From: Eledone cirrhosa
Taxonomy: Eukaryota
Length of the DNA: 64,000 nucleotides
Reading direction: 5' to 3'
NCBI GenBank assembly: GCA_964016885.1
Contig: CAXHJY010000799.1
Location: 30,579 to 94,578, forward strand
Under the pieces are notes generated by a model. It searched no databases. It worked only from the letters and a program-made list of their open reading frames with translations, and was not told the origin of the DNA. Positions 15,440 to 29,039 of this stretch are shown one piece after another (position 1 is the stretch's first letter; each line of letters opens with the position of its first letter). The translations under genes and the position numbers were made by a program.

Positions 15440-17850
15440 AACAACGACAAAACAACAACAACAAAGACAACAACAACGACAACAACAACAAAGACAACAA
15501 CGACGACAACAACAAAGACAACAACAACAACAACGACAACGACGACAACGACAACAACAACAAAGACAACAACAACGACGACAACGACAACAACAACAAA
15601 GACAACAACAACAACAACGACAACAACAATAATGAAAAAGAAAAAGAAAAATAGATCAGCAATCTTAAGAACGAGAAGATAAGTAAACATCGAAAGCAAT
15701 AATAGAATTAAACAATAAAATAAGTGGGTAGTAGTTATCGTAGTGGTGGTGGTGGTAGTGGTGGTGGTGGTGGTGGTGGTGGTGGTGGTGGTGGTGGTGG
15801 TGGTGGTGGTGGTGGTGGTAGTGGTGGAGGCGGTGGTAGTGGTGGTGATGGTAGTGGTGATGGTAGTGGTGGTGATGGTAGTGGTGGTGATGGTAGTGGT
15901 TGTAGTGGTAGTGGTGGTGGTAGTAGTTATGGTGGTGATGGTAGTAGTGGTGATGGTAGTAGTGGTGGTGATGGTAGTGGTGATGGTAGTGGTGGTGATG
16001 GTAGTAGTGGTAGTGGTGGTGATGGTAGTGGTGATGGTGATGGTGATGGTAGTGGTGGTGATGGTAGTAATGGTGATGGTAGTAGTGGTAGTGGTGGTGA
16101 TGGTAGTGGTGATGGTGATGGTAGTGGTGGTGGCAATAATGGTGGTGGTAGTGGTGGTGGTACCGGTGGTGATGATGATGGTAGTCGTAGTGTTGGTGGT
16201 GGTGGTGATGGTGATAGTGGTGGGAAGCATATAGGTGCTGGTAATTGTGGTAATGATGGTGGTGGTGATGATGGTAGTCGTAGTGGTGGTAGTGGTGGTG
16301 GGAAGCATATTGGTGCTGATAATGGTGGAGATGACGATGGTGATGATGATGGTAGTGTTGGTGGATGGTGCTGGTAATGATGGCGGGAAGCATGATGCTA
16401 GTAATGGTGGTGGTGATGGTGGTGGTGGTGGTGGTGGTAGTGGTGGTGGTAATGATGGCGGGAAGCATGATGCTAGTAATGGTGGTGGTGATGGTGGTGG
16501 TGGTGGTGATGGTGGTGATGGTGGTGGTGGTTTTGGTGGTGGTGGTGATGATGAGGATGGTGGTGTCGGTGATGATGGTGGGGATGATAATGATAGTCAT
16601 TGGTGAATTGGCAGCCACGGTAGAGCGTCAGACAGCATGCTTTACAGCATAGAGTTATGGCCCTTTACGTTCTGAGTTAAAATCCCGCCAAGGTTGACTT
16701 TCCCTGTCATCCTTACGGGTTCGATAAAATAAAGTACCAGTAATGCACTGGGGTAATTGCTGGCCTTGTGCCTAAAGTAGAAACAGTTATTATGTAACAA
16801 CCAACTAGATGACTTGTGGTATTTGCTAACATATTTAAAGAAGAAGAAAAACAATGTCTTTGAATCTGTAATGCAGGGGAAGTATTAGAATAAGTATTAC
16901 CATTACCACCACCTCCATTACCTGCACCACCATTACCATCGTTACCACCACCACCATTACCATCGTTACCACCACCACCATTACCACAACCAGCACCACC
17001 ATCACCATCGTTACCATCTCCTCCATTACCACAACCACCACCACCATTACCTTCACCACCATTACCACCACCTCCATTACCACAACCACCACTACCATTA
17101 CCTTCACCACCATCACCACCGTTACCACCACCACCATTACCACCACCACCATCATCATCATCATTACCATCATCACCACCACCACCACCACCATCATCAC
17201 CATCATTACCATCACTACCACCACTACCACCACCACCACCACCGCTATTATCATCATCACCACCACCACTACCACCACCATCATCATTATTACCATCACC
17301 ACCACCACCACCACCACCACCATCATCATTATTACCATCATCACCACCACCACTACCACCACTACCACCACCATCATCATTATTACCATCACCACCACCA
17401 CCACCACCACCACCATCATCATTATTACCATCATCACCACCACCACTACCACCACTACCACCACCATCATCATTATTACCATCATCACCACCACCACTAC
17501 CACCACTACCACCACCATCATCATTATTACCATCATCACCACCACCACTACCACCACTACCACCGCCATCATCATTATTACCATCACCACCACCACCACC
17601 ACCACCACCATCATCATTATTACCATCATCACCACCACCACTACCACCACTACCACCACCATCATCATTATTACCATCATCACCACCACCACTACCACCA
17701 CCACCACCACCATTATTTATTACCATCAACACCACCACCACCACCATTATTTATTACCATCAACACCACCACCACCACTACCACCACCACCACCACCACC
17801 ACCACCATTATTTATTACCATCATCGCCACCACCACCACCACCATCAACA
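15440..17850. repeat. Trinucleotide-derived blocks: (CAA)n 15440-15630, (GGT)n 15730-16590, (ACC)n 16895-17850
   Basis: Read directly. Confidence 0.95.
16601..16792 (+). mobile_element. SINE family A, full length
   Basis: tRNA-like head (TGGCAG..GGTAGAGCG; GAGTTAAAATCCC), central domain and tail GGCCTTGTGCCTAAAGTAGAAAC. Confidence 0.88.
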
Positions 17851-18181
17851 CCGTCATTCGTCATCATTATTATTATTTCGTTTTCCATCCGGTATTTCAT
17901 TGTTGTTCAACTAACATCGTATTTCCCCCCCCCCCCCCCCCCCCAGCAAGCCGTATTCTGCAGCAGTCTTTAGCGATGGAGCACTTTTTTATATACGATT
18001 CTTGCTGTGCAAAGCAAATTAAGTTTTCTGTAGAGCCAGGAAATTTCCCTTTGTCTCCAACATTTCCGACATATTCAACGAACATTTAAAGATCTTTGGT
18101 GAATGTAACAAAAAATGGAAATGAATGAATGAGGAATCTACCCTGAGTTTGTGCTTCTGTATGACAAGGGCATTTGAGAGA

Positions 18182-19238
18182 GAGTATTAACCCCTGGAGG
18201 TCAGGGTTACTGTAGATCTGTATCAAAATGGTAACGAATGAAGGGGGAGTTTTGGGAGTGAGTATTAACCCCTGGAGGTCAGGGTTGCTGTAGATCTGTA
18301 TCAAAATGGTAACGAATGAAGGGGGAGTTTTGGGAGTGGGTATTAACCCCTGGAGGTCAGGGTTCCTGTAGATCTGTATCAAAATGGTAACGAATGAAGG
18401 GGGAGTTTTGGGAGTGAGTATTAACCCCTGGAGATCAGGGTTGCTGTAGATCTGTATCAAAATGGTAACGAATGAAGGGGGAGTTTTGGGAGTGGGTATT
18501 AACCCCTGGAGGTCAGGGTTGCTGTAGATCTGTATCAAAATGGTAACGAATGAAGGGGGAGTTTTGGGAGTGGGTATTAACCCCTGGAGGTCAGGGTTGC
18601 TGTAGATCTGTATCAAAATGGTAACGAATGAAGGGGGAGTTTTGGGAGTGGGTATTAACCCCTGGAGGTCAGGGTTCCTGTAGATCTGTATCAAAATGGT
18701 AACGAATGAAGGGGGAGTTTTGGGAGTGAGTATTAACCCCTGGAGGTCAGGGTTGCTGTAGATCTGTATCAAAATGGTAACGAATGAAGGGGGAGTTTTG
18801 GGAGTGAGTATTAACCCCTGGAGGTCAGGGTTGCTGTAGATCTGTATCAAAATGGTAACGAATGAAGGGGGAGTTTTGGGAGTGAGTATTAACCCCTGGA
18901 GGTCAGGGTTGCTGTAGATCTGTATCAAAATGGTAACGAATGAATGAGGAGTTTTGGGAGTGAGTATTAATCCCTCGAGGTCAGGGTTGCTGTAGATCTG
19001 TATCAAAATGGTAACGAATGAGGGGGGAGTTTTGGGAGTGAGTATTAACCCCTGGAGGTCAGGGTTGCTGTAGATCTGTATCAAAATGGTAACGAATGAA
19101 GGGGGAGTTTTGGGAGTGGGTATTAACCCCTGGAGGTCAGGGTTGCTGTAGATCTGTATCAAAATGGTAACGAATGAATGAGGAAATTTAGGAGAGGGAA
19201 CTAACCCCTGGAGGTCAGGGTGATTGTAGTAGATCTGT
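18182..19238. repeat. 78 bp tandem repeat, about 13.5 copies
   Basis: Unit GAGTATTAACCCCTGGAGGTCAGGGTTGCTGTAGATCTGTATCAAAATGGTAACGAATGAAGGGGGAGTTTTGGGAGT; high identity, no spacers. Confidence 0.97.
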
Positions 19239-19584
19239 GGAGACCTTTAGTTAACCTTAGTTCACAGAAAAAATATAGGTTCCGTGTTTGTAAATGATAC
19301 AACAGTAAAAATAATTATTGCCCAATTAATTTGCTTAATTTCCTTTGAAAGTGGGGGAGATGAATACAAATCTTAAAAGAAAATAATTAGAAGTCTAGAT
19401 AATGGGGGAGGGGTAAGGAAGGGCTGATCTGGCTGTATGGGAAAGTAGAGGAAAGAACTATAAAAGCCATAAATGAGATGAAAAGCAATGGTTCTAGGGT
19501 CACAGAAGAAAAGGAGGGTGATGGGCTCTGGACCTAGGGCACGACGGTGTTGTGGCTGCGGACAAAACCGCAAAAGCATTTTCC

Positions 19585-20122
19585 CAAAATTGCTGGCCTT
19601 GTGCCCAAATCAAAAACCATTATCTTTATTATTATTATTAATATTAGGACAGTGTATTGGCAGTATTCTGTAGAGCGTAGGACAACATGATTTGTGGCAT
19701 ATAGTTATAGCTTTGCCTATCAACCTTACGGGGTCGGTAAAATAAAGTACCAGTAACGCACTGGGGTCCATTCAATTGACTTTCCATTCCCCAAATTTCT
19801 GCCTTATGCGTAAATCAGAAACCATTAATATTATTATTACGGGGGTCGATGAAATAAAGTACCAGTAATGTACTGAGTAATTGCTGGCCTTGTGCCAAAA
19901 GTAGAAACAATTAATATTATTATTATTAAAGAGCGGTGGATTGGCAGTATCAGTAGAGGGTCGGACGCCATGCTTTGCAGCACAGTTACGTCCCTTTACG
20001 GACTGAGTTCAAATCCCGCCGAGGTTAACTTTGTCTTTCATCCTTACGGGGTCGATAAAATAAAGTACCAGTAATACATTGGGATAATTGCTGGTCTTGT
20101 GCCAAAAGTAGAAACAATTATT
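19585..20122 (+). mobile_element. Tandem cluster of SINE family A copies (one full at 19932-20122, three partial)
   Basis: Repeated GGGGTCGATAAAATAAAGTACCAGT and GGCCTTGTGCC...AGAAAC tails separated by (ATT)n. Confidence 0.85.
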
Positions 20123-20544
20123 ACAATAACTAAATATTTACCGGAAAAGAATTTAAAAAAAAAAACAGGGAGGAAAATAAAATGGCTTCCAGGAGAACAA
20201 AGTCAACCACAGTAAGAAGGAAGAAGGAAAAAAGGCTAGCGTGGATGTAATAAAAATGAGTTACTGATTATAATAAAAAGTCGTAAATGAAAGAGATGCT
20301 ATGAGAATCATAAAGAGACGAGCTGGTAGCAATAGTTTTGTAGAATTCCTTTGATAGTTGTACCTCCACATTGGACACATTAACCATTAGTATACTAGCA
20401 CCAAATAATAAAACATCAGTATATATATATATATAAAGTAAAGTAAAATGATATAAAAACATGCTATGAATGTATTGTTTGTGAGGAAGGAAAAAAAGTA
20501 TCTTCCTTCTGGATCAAAACAAAAGATGGAATGAAAAATATGAA

Positions 20545-20836
20545 ATAAGGAAAAATAAGAATGAAAAAAAGAATGAAAAAGAGAATCTTAAAATGAATGA
20601 AAAAAAGAAGGAAAAAAAGAAGGAAAAAAGGAGGAAAAAATAAGGAAAAAATAAGGAAAAAATAAGGAAAAAATAAGGAAAAAATAAGGAAAAAAAGAAG
20701 GAAAAAAGAAGGAAAAAAGAAGGAAAAAAGAAGGAAAAAAAAGAAGGAAAAATAGAAGGAAAAAAGAAGGAAAAAAAAGAAGGAAAAACAGAAGGAAAAA
20801 CGAAGGAAAAATAAAGGAAAAAAAGAAGGAAAAAAG
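20545..20836. repeat. A-rich (AAGGAAAAAAR)n repeat
   Basis: Read directly; a similar block lies at 44990-45250. Confidence 0.85.
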
Positions 20837-20952
20837 GAACTCAGATCATAAAGAGCCGTAACTCCATGCCGTAAAGCATGATGTCTGACGGTCTACCGAT
20901 ACTGCCAATCTACCGCAATGATCAGTTAACTATTATTATTATTTCTTTCGTT

Positions 20953-21145
20953 GGGCAGTGGATTGACAATATCGGTAGAGGGTTGGACGCCATGCTTCCT
21001 AGCATAGTTACGTCCCTTTATGGTGTGAATTCAAATCCCGTCGAGGTTAACTTTGACTTTCATCCTTATGGGGTCGATAAAATAAAGTACCAGTAATGCA
21101 CTGGGTAATTGCTGGCCTTGTGCCAAAAGTAGAAACAATTATTAT
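20953..21145 (+). mobile_element. SINE family A, full length (partial minus copy at 20838-20915)
   Basis: Same head, body and tail as the other copies. Confidence 0.85.
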
Positions 21146-21399
21146 TTCTTTCGTTATATATTTCAATATTTAAATGAGTGAAAGGGGGCAAGAGAAAGGA
21201 AGACAAGTAAATAGAGTGATGTCACGCCATGATATGTAAATCGAGAAGGAAGACATCTTTGTTAGAATCACGTGATAGAAATTGTTCAAGTCTTCGCTTT
21301 TTGTTTGTAAACTAATTTATTCCGAACACGAGCACGTGATCAGAAGATGACAAGTTTTAAAACATACAATTCTCTCTCTATATACACACACACACACAT

Positions 21400-21515
<116 letters not shown>

Positions 21516-21542
21516 GTAATAATTGCCTGTGTTCAAATAGCA

Positions 21543-22135
21543 ATGGTGGTGGTCATGGTGGTGGTATTGGTGATGGTGGCAGCAGTATTGTTGTTGATGG
21601 AGGTGATGTTGATGGTGTTGGTGGCAATAGTGTTGTTGGTGGCGGTGGTGGTGGTGGTGGTGGTGGTGATGGTGTTAGTGATGGTGGTGATGGTGTTAGT
21701 GGTGGTGGTGATGGTGTTAGTGGTGGTGGTGATGGTGTTAGTGGTGGTGGTGATGTTGTTAGTGGTGGTGGTGATGGTGTTAGTGGTGGTGGTGATGTTG
21801 TTAGTGGTGGTGGTGATGGTGTTAGTGGTGGAGGTGATGGTGTTAGTGGTGGTGGTGATGGTGTTAGTGGTGGAGGTGATGGTGTTAGTGGTGGTGGTGA
21901 TGGTGTTAGTGGTGGTGGTGATGGTGTTAGTGGTGGTGGTGATGGTGTTAGTGATGGTGGTGATGGTGTTAGTGGTGGTGGTGATGGTGTTAGTGGTGGT
22001 GGTGATGGTGTTAGTGATGGTGGTGATGGTGTTAGTGGTGGAGGTGATGGTGTTAGTGGTGGTGAGGATAATAGTGGTGATGGTGGTGGTGATGATAGTG
22101 GTGGTAGTGCTGTTGTCGGTGGTGGTGATGGTGGC
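21543..22135. repeat. 21 bp GGT-derived minisatellite (GGTGGTGGTGATGGTGTTAGT)
   Basis: Read directly. Confidence 0.9.
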
Positions 22136-22247
22136 TGTAGAGTTGTTCAGGTTACAGTAATAATTTCTAATTTCGGCACAATTTGTAGGAAGACTAACAT
22201 CTAGAGTGTATAAAGTAGAGTAGAAACGTGTACAAATATATACACGT

Positions 22248-22440
22248 ATCTAATATGTAGGCATGTCAACATGCCAGAAAATACAAATCATCCATTGTGG
22301 TTGATAGGATGATATACACGCCTTCTGATGAAGGTCCAATTAGATCCGAAAACCAATTAATGATGTTTATCGTTTTTTTTCAATTCACTAAGAAATTCGT
22401 ATTTTCTGGCATGTTAATATGACTACATATAGATATGTCT
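22248..22440 (+). mobile_element. PLE-type HHR mini-element family T
   Basis: Inverted repeat 22248-22284 / 22399-22434 enclosing CTGATGA (22325)-AGGTC..GATCC-GAAA; ends in (TA)n. Confidence 0.6.
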
Positions 22441-22576
22441 ATATATATATATACACATATACACATGCCTATACACATATACATATATATATATACACAC
22501 ACATATATACACACACATATACATCTCTCTCTATATATATAAATATATAAACATATACCCATATACATACCTATAC

Positions 22577-22621
<45 letters not shown>

Positions 22622-22714
22622 TTTAATGTATAATAAACAATACAATATAATTACCTCATTACTCTGGCATGTTAATATGACTACATATAGATATGTCTAT
22701 ATATATATATATAT

Positions 22715-22748
<34 letters not shown>

Positions 22749-23297
22749 TCACATATATACACACACATATGCATCTCTATATATATAAATATATAAACAT
22801 ATACACATATACATACCTATACACATATAAATACATATATATATATATATATACACATATATATACATGCCTCTACACATACATATATATACACACATAT
22901 ATATATATATAAATATATATATATATACTCATATATACACACATATACATACCTATACACATATACATACATATATATATATACACACATGTATATACAT
23001 GCCTCTACACATACATACATATATATACACACACACACATATATATATATAAATATATATATATATACACATATATACACACATATACACACATATATAT
23101 ATACACATATATACACACATATATATTATATATATATACACATAAATACATACACACATATACATCTATATATATATATATATATATTTAATGTATAATA
23201 AACAATACAATATAATTAACGCATTACTCTGGCATGTTAATATGACTACATATAGATAGGTCTATATATATATACACACACACATATATATATATAT

Positions 23298-23905
23298 GGT
23301 GGCTGCCAACTCGTTTTCGAGTACGGCCACTACTTTATATCCATGTAGGAGAACCCCTACCGATGCGCTGAACGAGTGTGACTTTTTAGTCCAGCCAGCG
23401 ACTTGAAAACTCTGGTACAAACACTACACTTGTGACAATTATTGACACATAGTGCTGGGCCCATGGTACCATGTGACGACAAGTGCAGAGAGATCTCCAG
23501 ATATAAAGCAATGCCTGTGCCGTGAAGCTTTTATAGTGAGCAAAGGCACTGCACAAAGCCAGTCACACTCTCTTAACCAAGATGATATTTACCAAAAAGA
23601 AGAACAAGTCAACATCATTGGATACCATCAGGGTTGCAGGTGTTATATCAAAGTTTTCCTTTTCCTAGAATTCTGCCTTGACAAAGGCTAAGGGGTCATC
23701 TCTCCCGGTGATTTTGGATGATCATTGACTCTTAAGAGCTCCTTTGCCCTTTGACAGGTTTTGTTTTTAGTCCTGCAGGATGTCCAAAGTCACCCTCCTC
23801 ACCAAGAAACCTTGGTGGGGTTGCCAGTTTAGTCGCCAACGACCCGACCATGGGACAGGTTGTACTGGGATACATGTTACCAGTAGCACCAACTGGTGAC
23901 CTGAC
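23298..23905 (-). mobile_element. Unclassified non-coding insertion in (TA)n, possibly a LINE 5' UTR
   Basis: Higher-GC 600 bp island interrupting a tandem unit; structured minus-strand 5' end. Confidence 0.35.
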
Positions 23906-23938
<33 letters not shown>

Positions 23939-23939
<1 letters not shown>

Positions 23940-24208
23940 GCAAAAGTTCTATTTAAAATTGTTGGGATACAACAAGTAAATATTTTATAACTGATATAAA
24001 GCACTCGACAAGTTTTTGGAGTAGATATACAGACAGCTTCCAAAAATAATGGTCGCATCTAATAGGGTACGTCAAAATTATTTATAAAACTGTTTATATA
24101 TTGTATTTTGTCTGATGAAGGCATACCATATTTTAATTTGGTATCCTTGAAATATGTATAATGAAATAAATATGGTTTTATAAATATAGTTTCCATTTAT
24201 TTAATATC

Positions 24209-24210
<2 letters not shown>
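23939..24210. mobile_element. PLE-type HHR mini-element family R (copy 1)
   Basis: CTGATGA (24112)-AGGCATACCA...TGGTATCCTT-GAAA on plus; tail segment inverted at 23939-24030; homologous to 30541-30983 and 49998-50268. Confidence 0.75.
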
Positions 24211-24306
<96 letters not shown>

Positions 24307-24504
24307 TTATATATAGAGAGATGCATATGTGTGTGTATATATGTGTGTGTGTATATATATGTATATACACATATATATACACACACACATATATACACAC
24401 AATATGCATCTCGATATATATAAATATATAAACATATACACATATACATACCTATACACATATACATACATATATATATACATATATATATACATGCCTC
24501 TACG

Positions 24505-24572
<68 letters not shown>

Positions 24573-24934
24573 TATATAGATATATATATATATAAATATA
24601 TATATATATACACATATATACACACATATACATATACACACACACATAAATATTATATATATATACACATATATACATACACACATATACATCTATATAT
24701 ATATATATATATATTTAATGTATAATAAACAATACAATATAATTACCTCATTACTCTGGCATGTTAATATTACTACATATAGATATGTCTATATATATAT
24801 ATATACACACACACTCATATATACACACACACATATATACACACACACATATATACACACACATATACATCGATATATATATATATTTAATGTATAATAA
24901 ACAATACAATATAATTACCTCATTACCTGTATTG

Positions 24935-25002
24935 CCTTGTCTGACGAACGAACGCGGACGTTTCTTGTATCCGCCTTATTCGGGAAACCTCTGGTAATGA
25001 GG
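24935..25002 (+). ncRNA. Type I hammerhead ribozyme, apparently intact
   Basis: CCTTGT-CTGACGA-stem II (CGAA.GCGGA / TCCGC..TTCG)-GAAAC-C-TCT-G-GTA^ATGAGG. Stem I CCTTGT/ATGAGG, stem III ACC/GGT, predicted cleavage after 24996. Confidence 0.7.
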
Positions 25003-25098
25003 TAATTATATTGTATTGTTTATTATACATTAAATATTTAGCTCTGTAACTTACATAGAGCACTCTTCATTCCTCTTACTTTGCCAACGGAAACTTCA

Positions 25099-25133
<35 letters not shown>

Positions 25134-25490
25134 GGCACACATGTATGTATATGAACATGCAAAGAGACACCCCGACCCACATGTGCGTGAATTAAGTCTA
25201 GACTACGTTTCTAATAAACCTATGTAAATTAGTAAATTCACAGGTCGAAGGTCTTCTAAATTTATTCTAATGAAGTAACTTAAGATACACGAAAGATCAA
25301 TCGTATAAAAGCCACCCCCACACACACATTTATATACATACGTGTGTGTGTGTACAAATATATTACTATGCATATTTCAATACATAATTGTGTTTTTTAT
25401 TTCTATATAAAACAATTGTATCCATATTTAAGTAAATTAATGATGCGTAAATTTCTGTTTATGCATACAATTATGTGTGTGTGTGTGTCT

Positions 25491-26582
25491 AGATATATTT
25501 CTTTATTAGCCACAGGAGCACAAAAGAAGGGGACAAATACAAAGGGGGAAGTTTACATGCAATAAAAACGTGTAAAATGTTATCACAGATGGAATTTAAA
25601 AGTTAGTCGATTTTCCCCAATAGAGGGAGACAGTTTATATGGGTAACACATACCCCCGAAAAAAATGTGCAACCCTCATCTCCAGGAGTACGAAGAGCTT
25701 GTACTCCTTTCCTCTCCTCCTCCTTTTCCTCAACCTACAGGCTGATATAGAGAGAAGGCCCATTCACTCGGGCCATTCTCGCCACTTTCACCCACCTTTC
25801 ATAAAACTTGCTGAGGTACAGCACCTCTCTCTCCATCCTGATTCTTCTCCCAAAGTGGTATTTGAAAAAAAGAATCAGTTGTTGGCCGGAGAGAAAGGTG
25901 TCTGACCTCAGCCCTTTCAACCTTGTCCACCATACAACCTCTTTCGCCATAGCTATCACACAAAGGAAAACCGCCTCTCCTTCGTTTTTGAAGGAGGGTG
26001 GCGGTTTGATCATGACAATGGACTCGGTGGTCAACTGGATTGGTCCCACCCGCGACAATAGACGTTCTACATAGCCCCACAGGTCAGTGACGCCCGGGCA
26101 GTGTATGAATGCGGGCGCGACGGTTTCTTCGTCTCGCACGCACCTCGGACAGATCTTTTTTGCAGGGTCCCTGCCCGGGCGCCCATGTCTGTAGAGCTTG
26201 TCTCGAACTGGTAGAGCTCCTCGGTAGCACTGCCAGGCCAGGGACTTTTGGAAGTTGTCCATCGGTCCCGGGCGGAAGGTCCTACCGAACAGACTGGCCA
26301 GTTCATCTTCCTCCACGCCTAGAGTTTCACCGAGCGCGTCGTCGCACTTGCTGCGGACCAACCCTCTATAGAATGACGAAGTGGAGTCTCCACTGATCGC
26401 CGGGTCCGCCTGCCAGAGGGCTGTGAGCGCCTGAGCACATTCGATGTGCCAGTCGCCCATTTTCCTCGGTCTCTGCTTGACCCAGGACTGCAGCTCGGTC
26501 AGCGAGACGAGTCGTGGAAAGGCTCGCCTCACGAACGGGGCCCACACCGGTTGTCCGGTGAGGAATACGTAGAGATGCCGCA
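25491..26582 (-). mobile_element. Tx1/L1-clade LINE, 5'-truncated (ORF2 C-terminus plus 3' UTR)
   Basis: DNFQKSLAWQCYRGALPVRDKL...CPRCVRDEETVAPAFIHCPGV..LW is a zf-RVT-type C-terminus; 3' end GTGGCTAATAAAGAAATAT. Confidence 0.88.
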
Positions 26583-26649
26583 GATGTGTGTGCGTAGATA
26601 GATAGATAGATAGACATTGATAGACAGGCACACTTTGATAGACAGATAG

Positions 26650-27178
26650 ATATCTTTCTTTATTTGCCACAGGGGCGTACAAAAATGGGACATTACAAGA
26701 CGTGACGGCGGGGGTTTTACATAAAATCTTTAAAACAATTGAAATCCCCATTAGGGGCGGGGTAACGCTATTGTGGGGTTGTTTTACACCCCTTGGATAA
26801 AACAACCCTCAACACCAGGAAAACGTTTTGTAAATAGTCATGATAGACAGGCAGACAGACATTGACAGACAGATAGATATATTTCTTTATTAGCCACAAG
26901 GGCGCACAAGAAAAGGGGACAAAACAAAGATATGCTGGGGATTTTACATACAATCGTGCAAAAAACAAACAAATATATCACTCAAAATCCCCAATAGGGG
27001 GGAGGCGCCACAAATGGGTTGTTTAATACCCCGTAGATAGAACAACCCTCAACTTCGGGAGCGTTTTGTGCAAGTGCTCCTTTCTTCCTTTCGCTCTCTT
27101 CTTCAACCTACAGGTTTATATACAGAGAAGGCCCAATCACTCGGGCCATTTTATAGATAGACATTGACAGACCGATAG

Positions 27179-27271
<93 letters not shown>

Positions 27272-27284
27272 CAATAGATAGACA

Positions 27285-27357
<73 letters not shown>

Positions 27358-27359
27358 CA

Positions 27360-27447
<88 letters not shown>

Positions 27448-27545
27448 CTTTCTTTTTATTTGCCACCAGGGTATCAAAGAGTGGGACAAGTACAAGGGGG
27501 GAGTTTACATAAAAAGGCGTCCTCACTAAGGAGAAGGCAATAACA
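26650..27545 (-). mobile_element. Three more Tx1 3'-end fragments (26650-26835, 26877-27150, 27446-27545) within (GATA/GACA)n
   Basis: Each begins on the plus strand with TTTCTTT(TT)ATT(A/T)GCCAC; 26877-27150 also contains the ORF2 stop region matching 25735-25777. Confidence 0.82.
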
Positions 27546-28006
27546 AAATATATAGATAGATAGGAAAGCAGATAGACAGACAGATACAGAAATAAACCCC
27601 CTGCTGTGTATTCCATAGAAATGATCCTATTGAGATATAAAAGTTGTTAATGTTAATCTTATTCAAAGTTCATATTTGAAGCTGTCTTATCAAAGAACCT
27701 TTTTGTCCAAAACCATTTATTTTCCTATTAACTCATCAAATATGTTTTTTTGTATTCAGCAATCATGGTTTTTTTGGTTTTTTTTCATCTTCACTAAAAC
27801 TTTCCTTTATGCTCGTCATTTCTGTTCATTCATTCACTCATTATACATGTATGTGCGTTTATATATATATATATATATAGGGATGTATGTATACATATAT
27901 ATATGTGGATGTATGTATACATATATATATATGTGGATGTACGTATACATATATATATATGTGAAGGTATGTATACATATATATATATATGTGGATGTAT
28001 GTATAC

Positions 28007-28038
<32 letters not shown>

Positions 28039-28222
28039 GTGGATGTATGTATACATATATATATATATGTGGATGTATGTATACATATATATATGTATAT
28101 ATATGTATATATATATGTATATATATATGTGTATATATGTATATATATATGTATATATATATGTGTATATGTATATATATATGTGTATATATATGTATAT
28201 ATATATATGTATATATACATGA

Positions 28223-28288
<66 letters not shown>

Positions 28289-28456
28289 GTATATGTATAT
28301 ATATATGTATATGTATGTATATATATGTGTGTATGTAAATATATATATAATATATATATGTCTATATATGTATCTGTATATATATATATATATGTCTATA
28401 TATATATATATGTATATATGTATATATATTTATATATGTGTATATATATATATATA

Positions 28457-28520
<64 letters not shown>

Positions 28521-29039
28521 CCTATATATAGAGAGAGATATATATATATTATTTTTGCAAGTATATGGGAGGTGGGGGTGAGGAAATTCCATTGTGTTTG
28601 TATATCGTTGTTTCCTTTCTTCCCAAAATATATTTTGAGGCTCTATCTACATATATGATGGTCTTTCTGTGTGTGCATGTGTGTGTATATATATACACAC
28701 ACACATATATATACATACATATATATACACATATATATACACGCATATACACACACATATATACACACATATATACACACATATATATACACAGTCTGTC
28801 TTTCACACAAATACATATATATACTTCTAATATAAATGTGTGTGTGTGTATGTGTGTGTGGTGTGTGTGTGGCGTGTGTGTGGTGTGTGTGTGGTGTGTA
28901 GGCGGAATGATGGAAATCCTTCCATTTCTATCTTAACTCTCTTCATGCTAAACCATTTCTTAAGTGTTAGTGTTCTCTAGATGGTAAGCCATAAACACAC
29001 GGATTGTGTATGTATGTCTATAATAAATATATATATATA

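Noticed and set aside
18182-19238. CRISPR array or 358 aa repeat-protein gene
   Set aside because: Units are contiguous with no unique spacers, there are no cas genes and the context is eukaryotic; the ORF has no ATG start or exon evidence.
25735-26805. 356 aa ORF as a single protein
   Set aside because: The first 75 or so residues run through another LINE's 3' UTR and GATA repeats; only about 25735-26575 is ORF2-derived.
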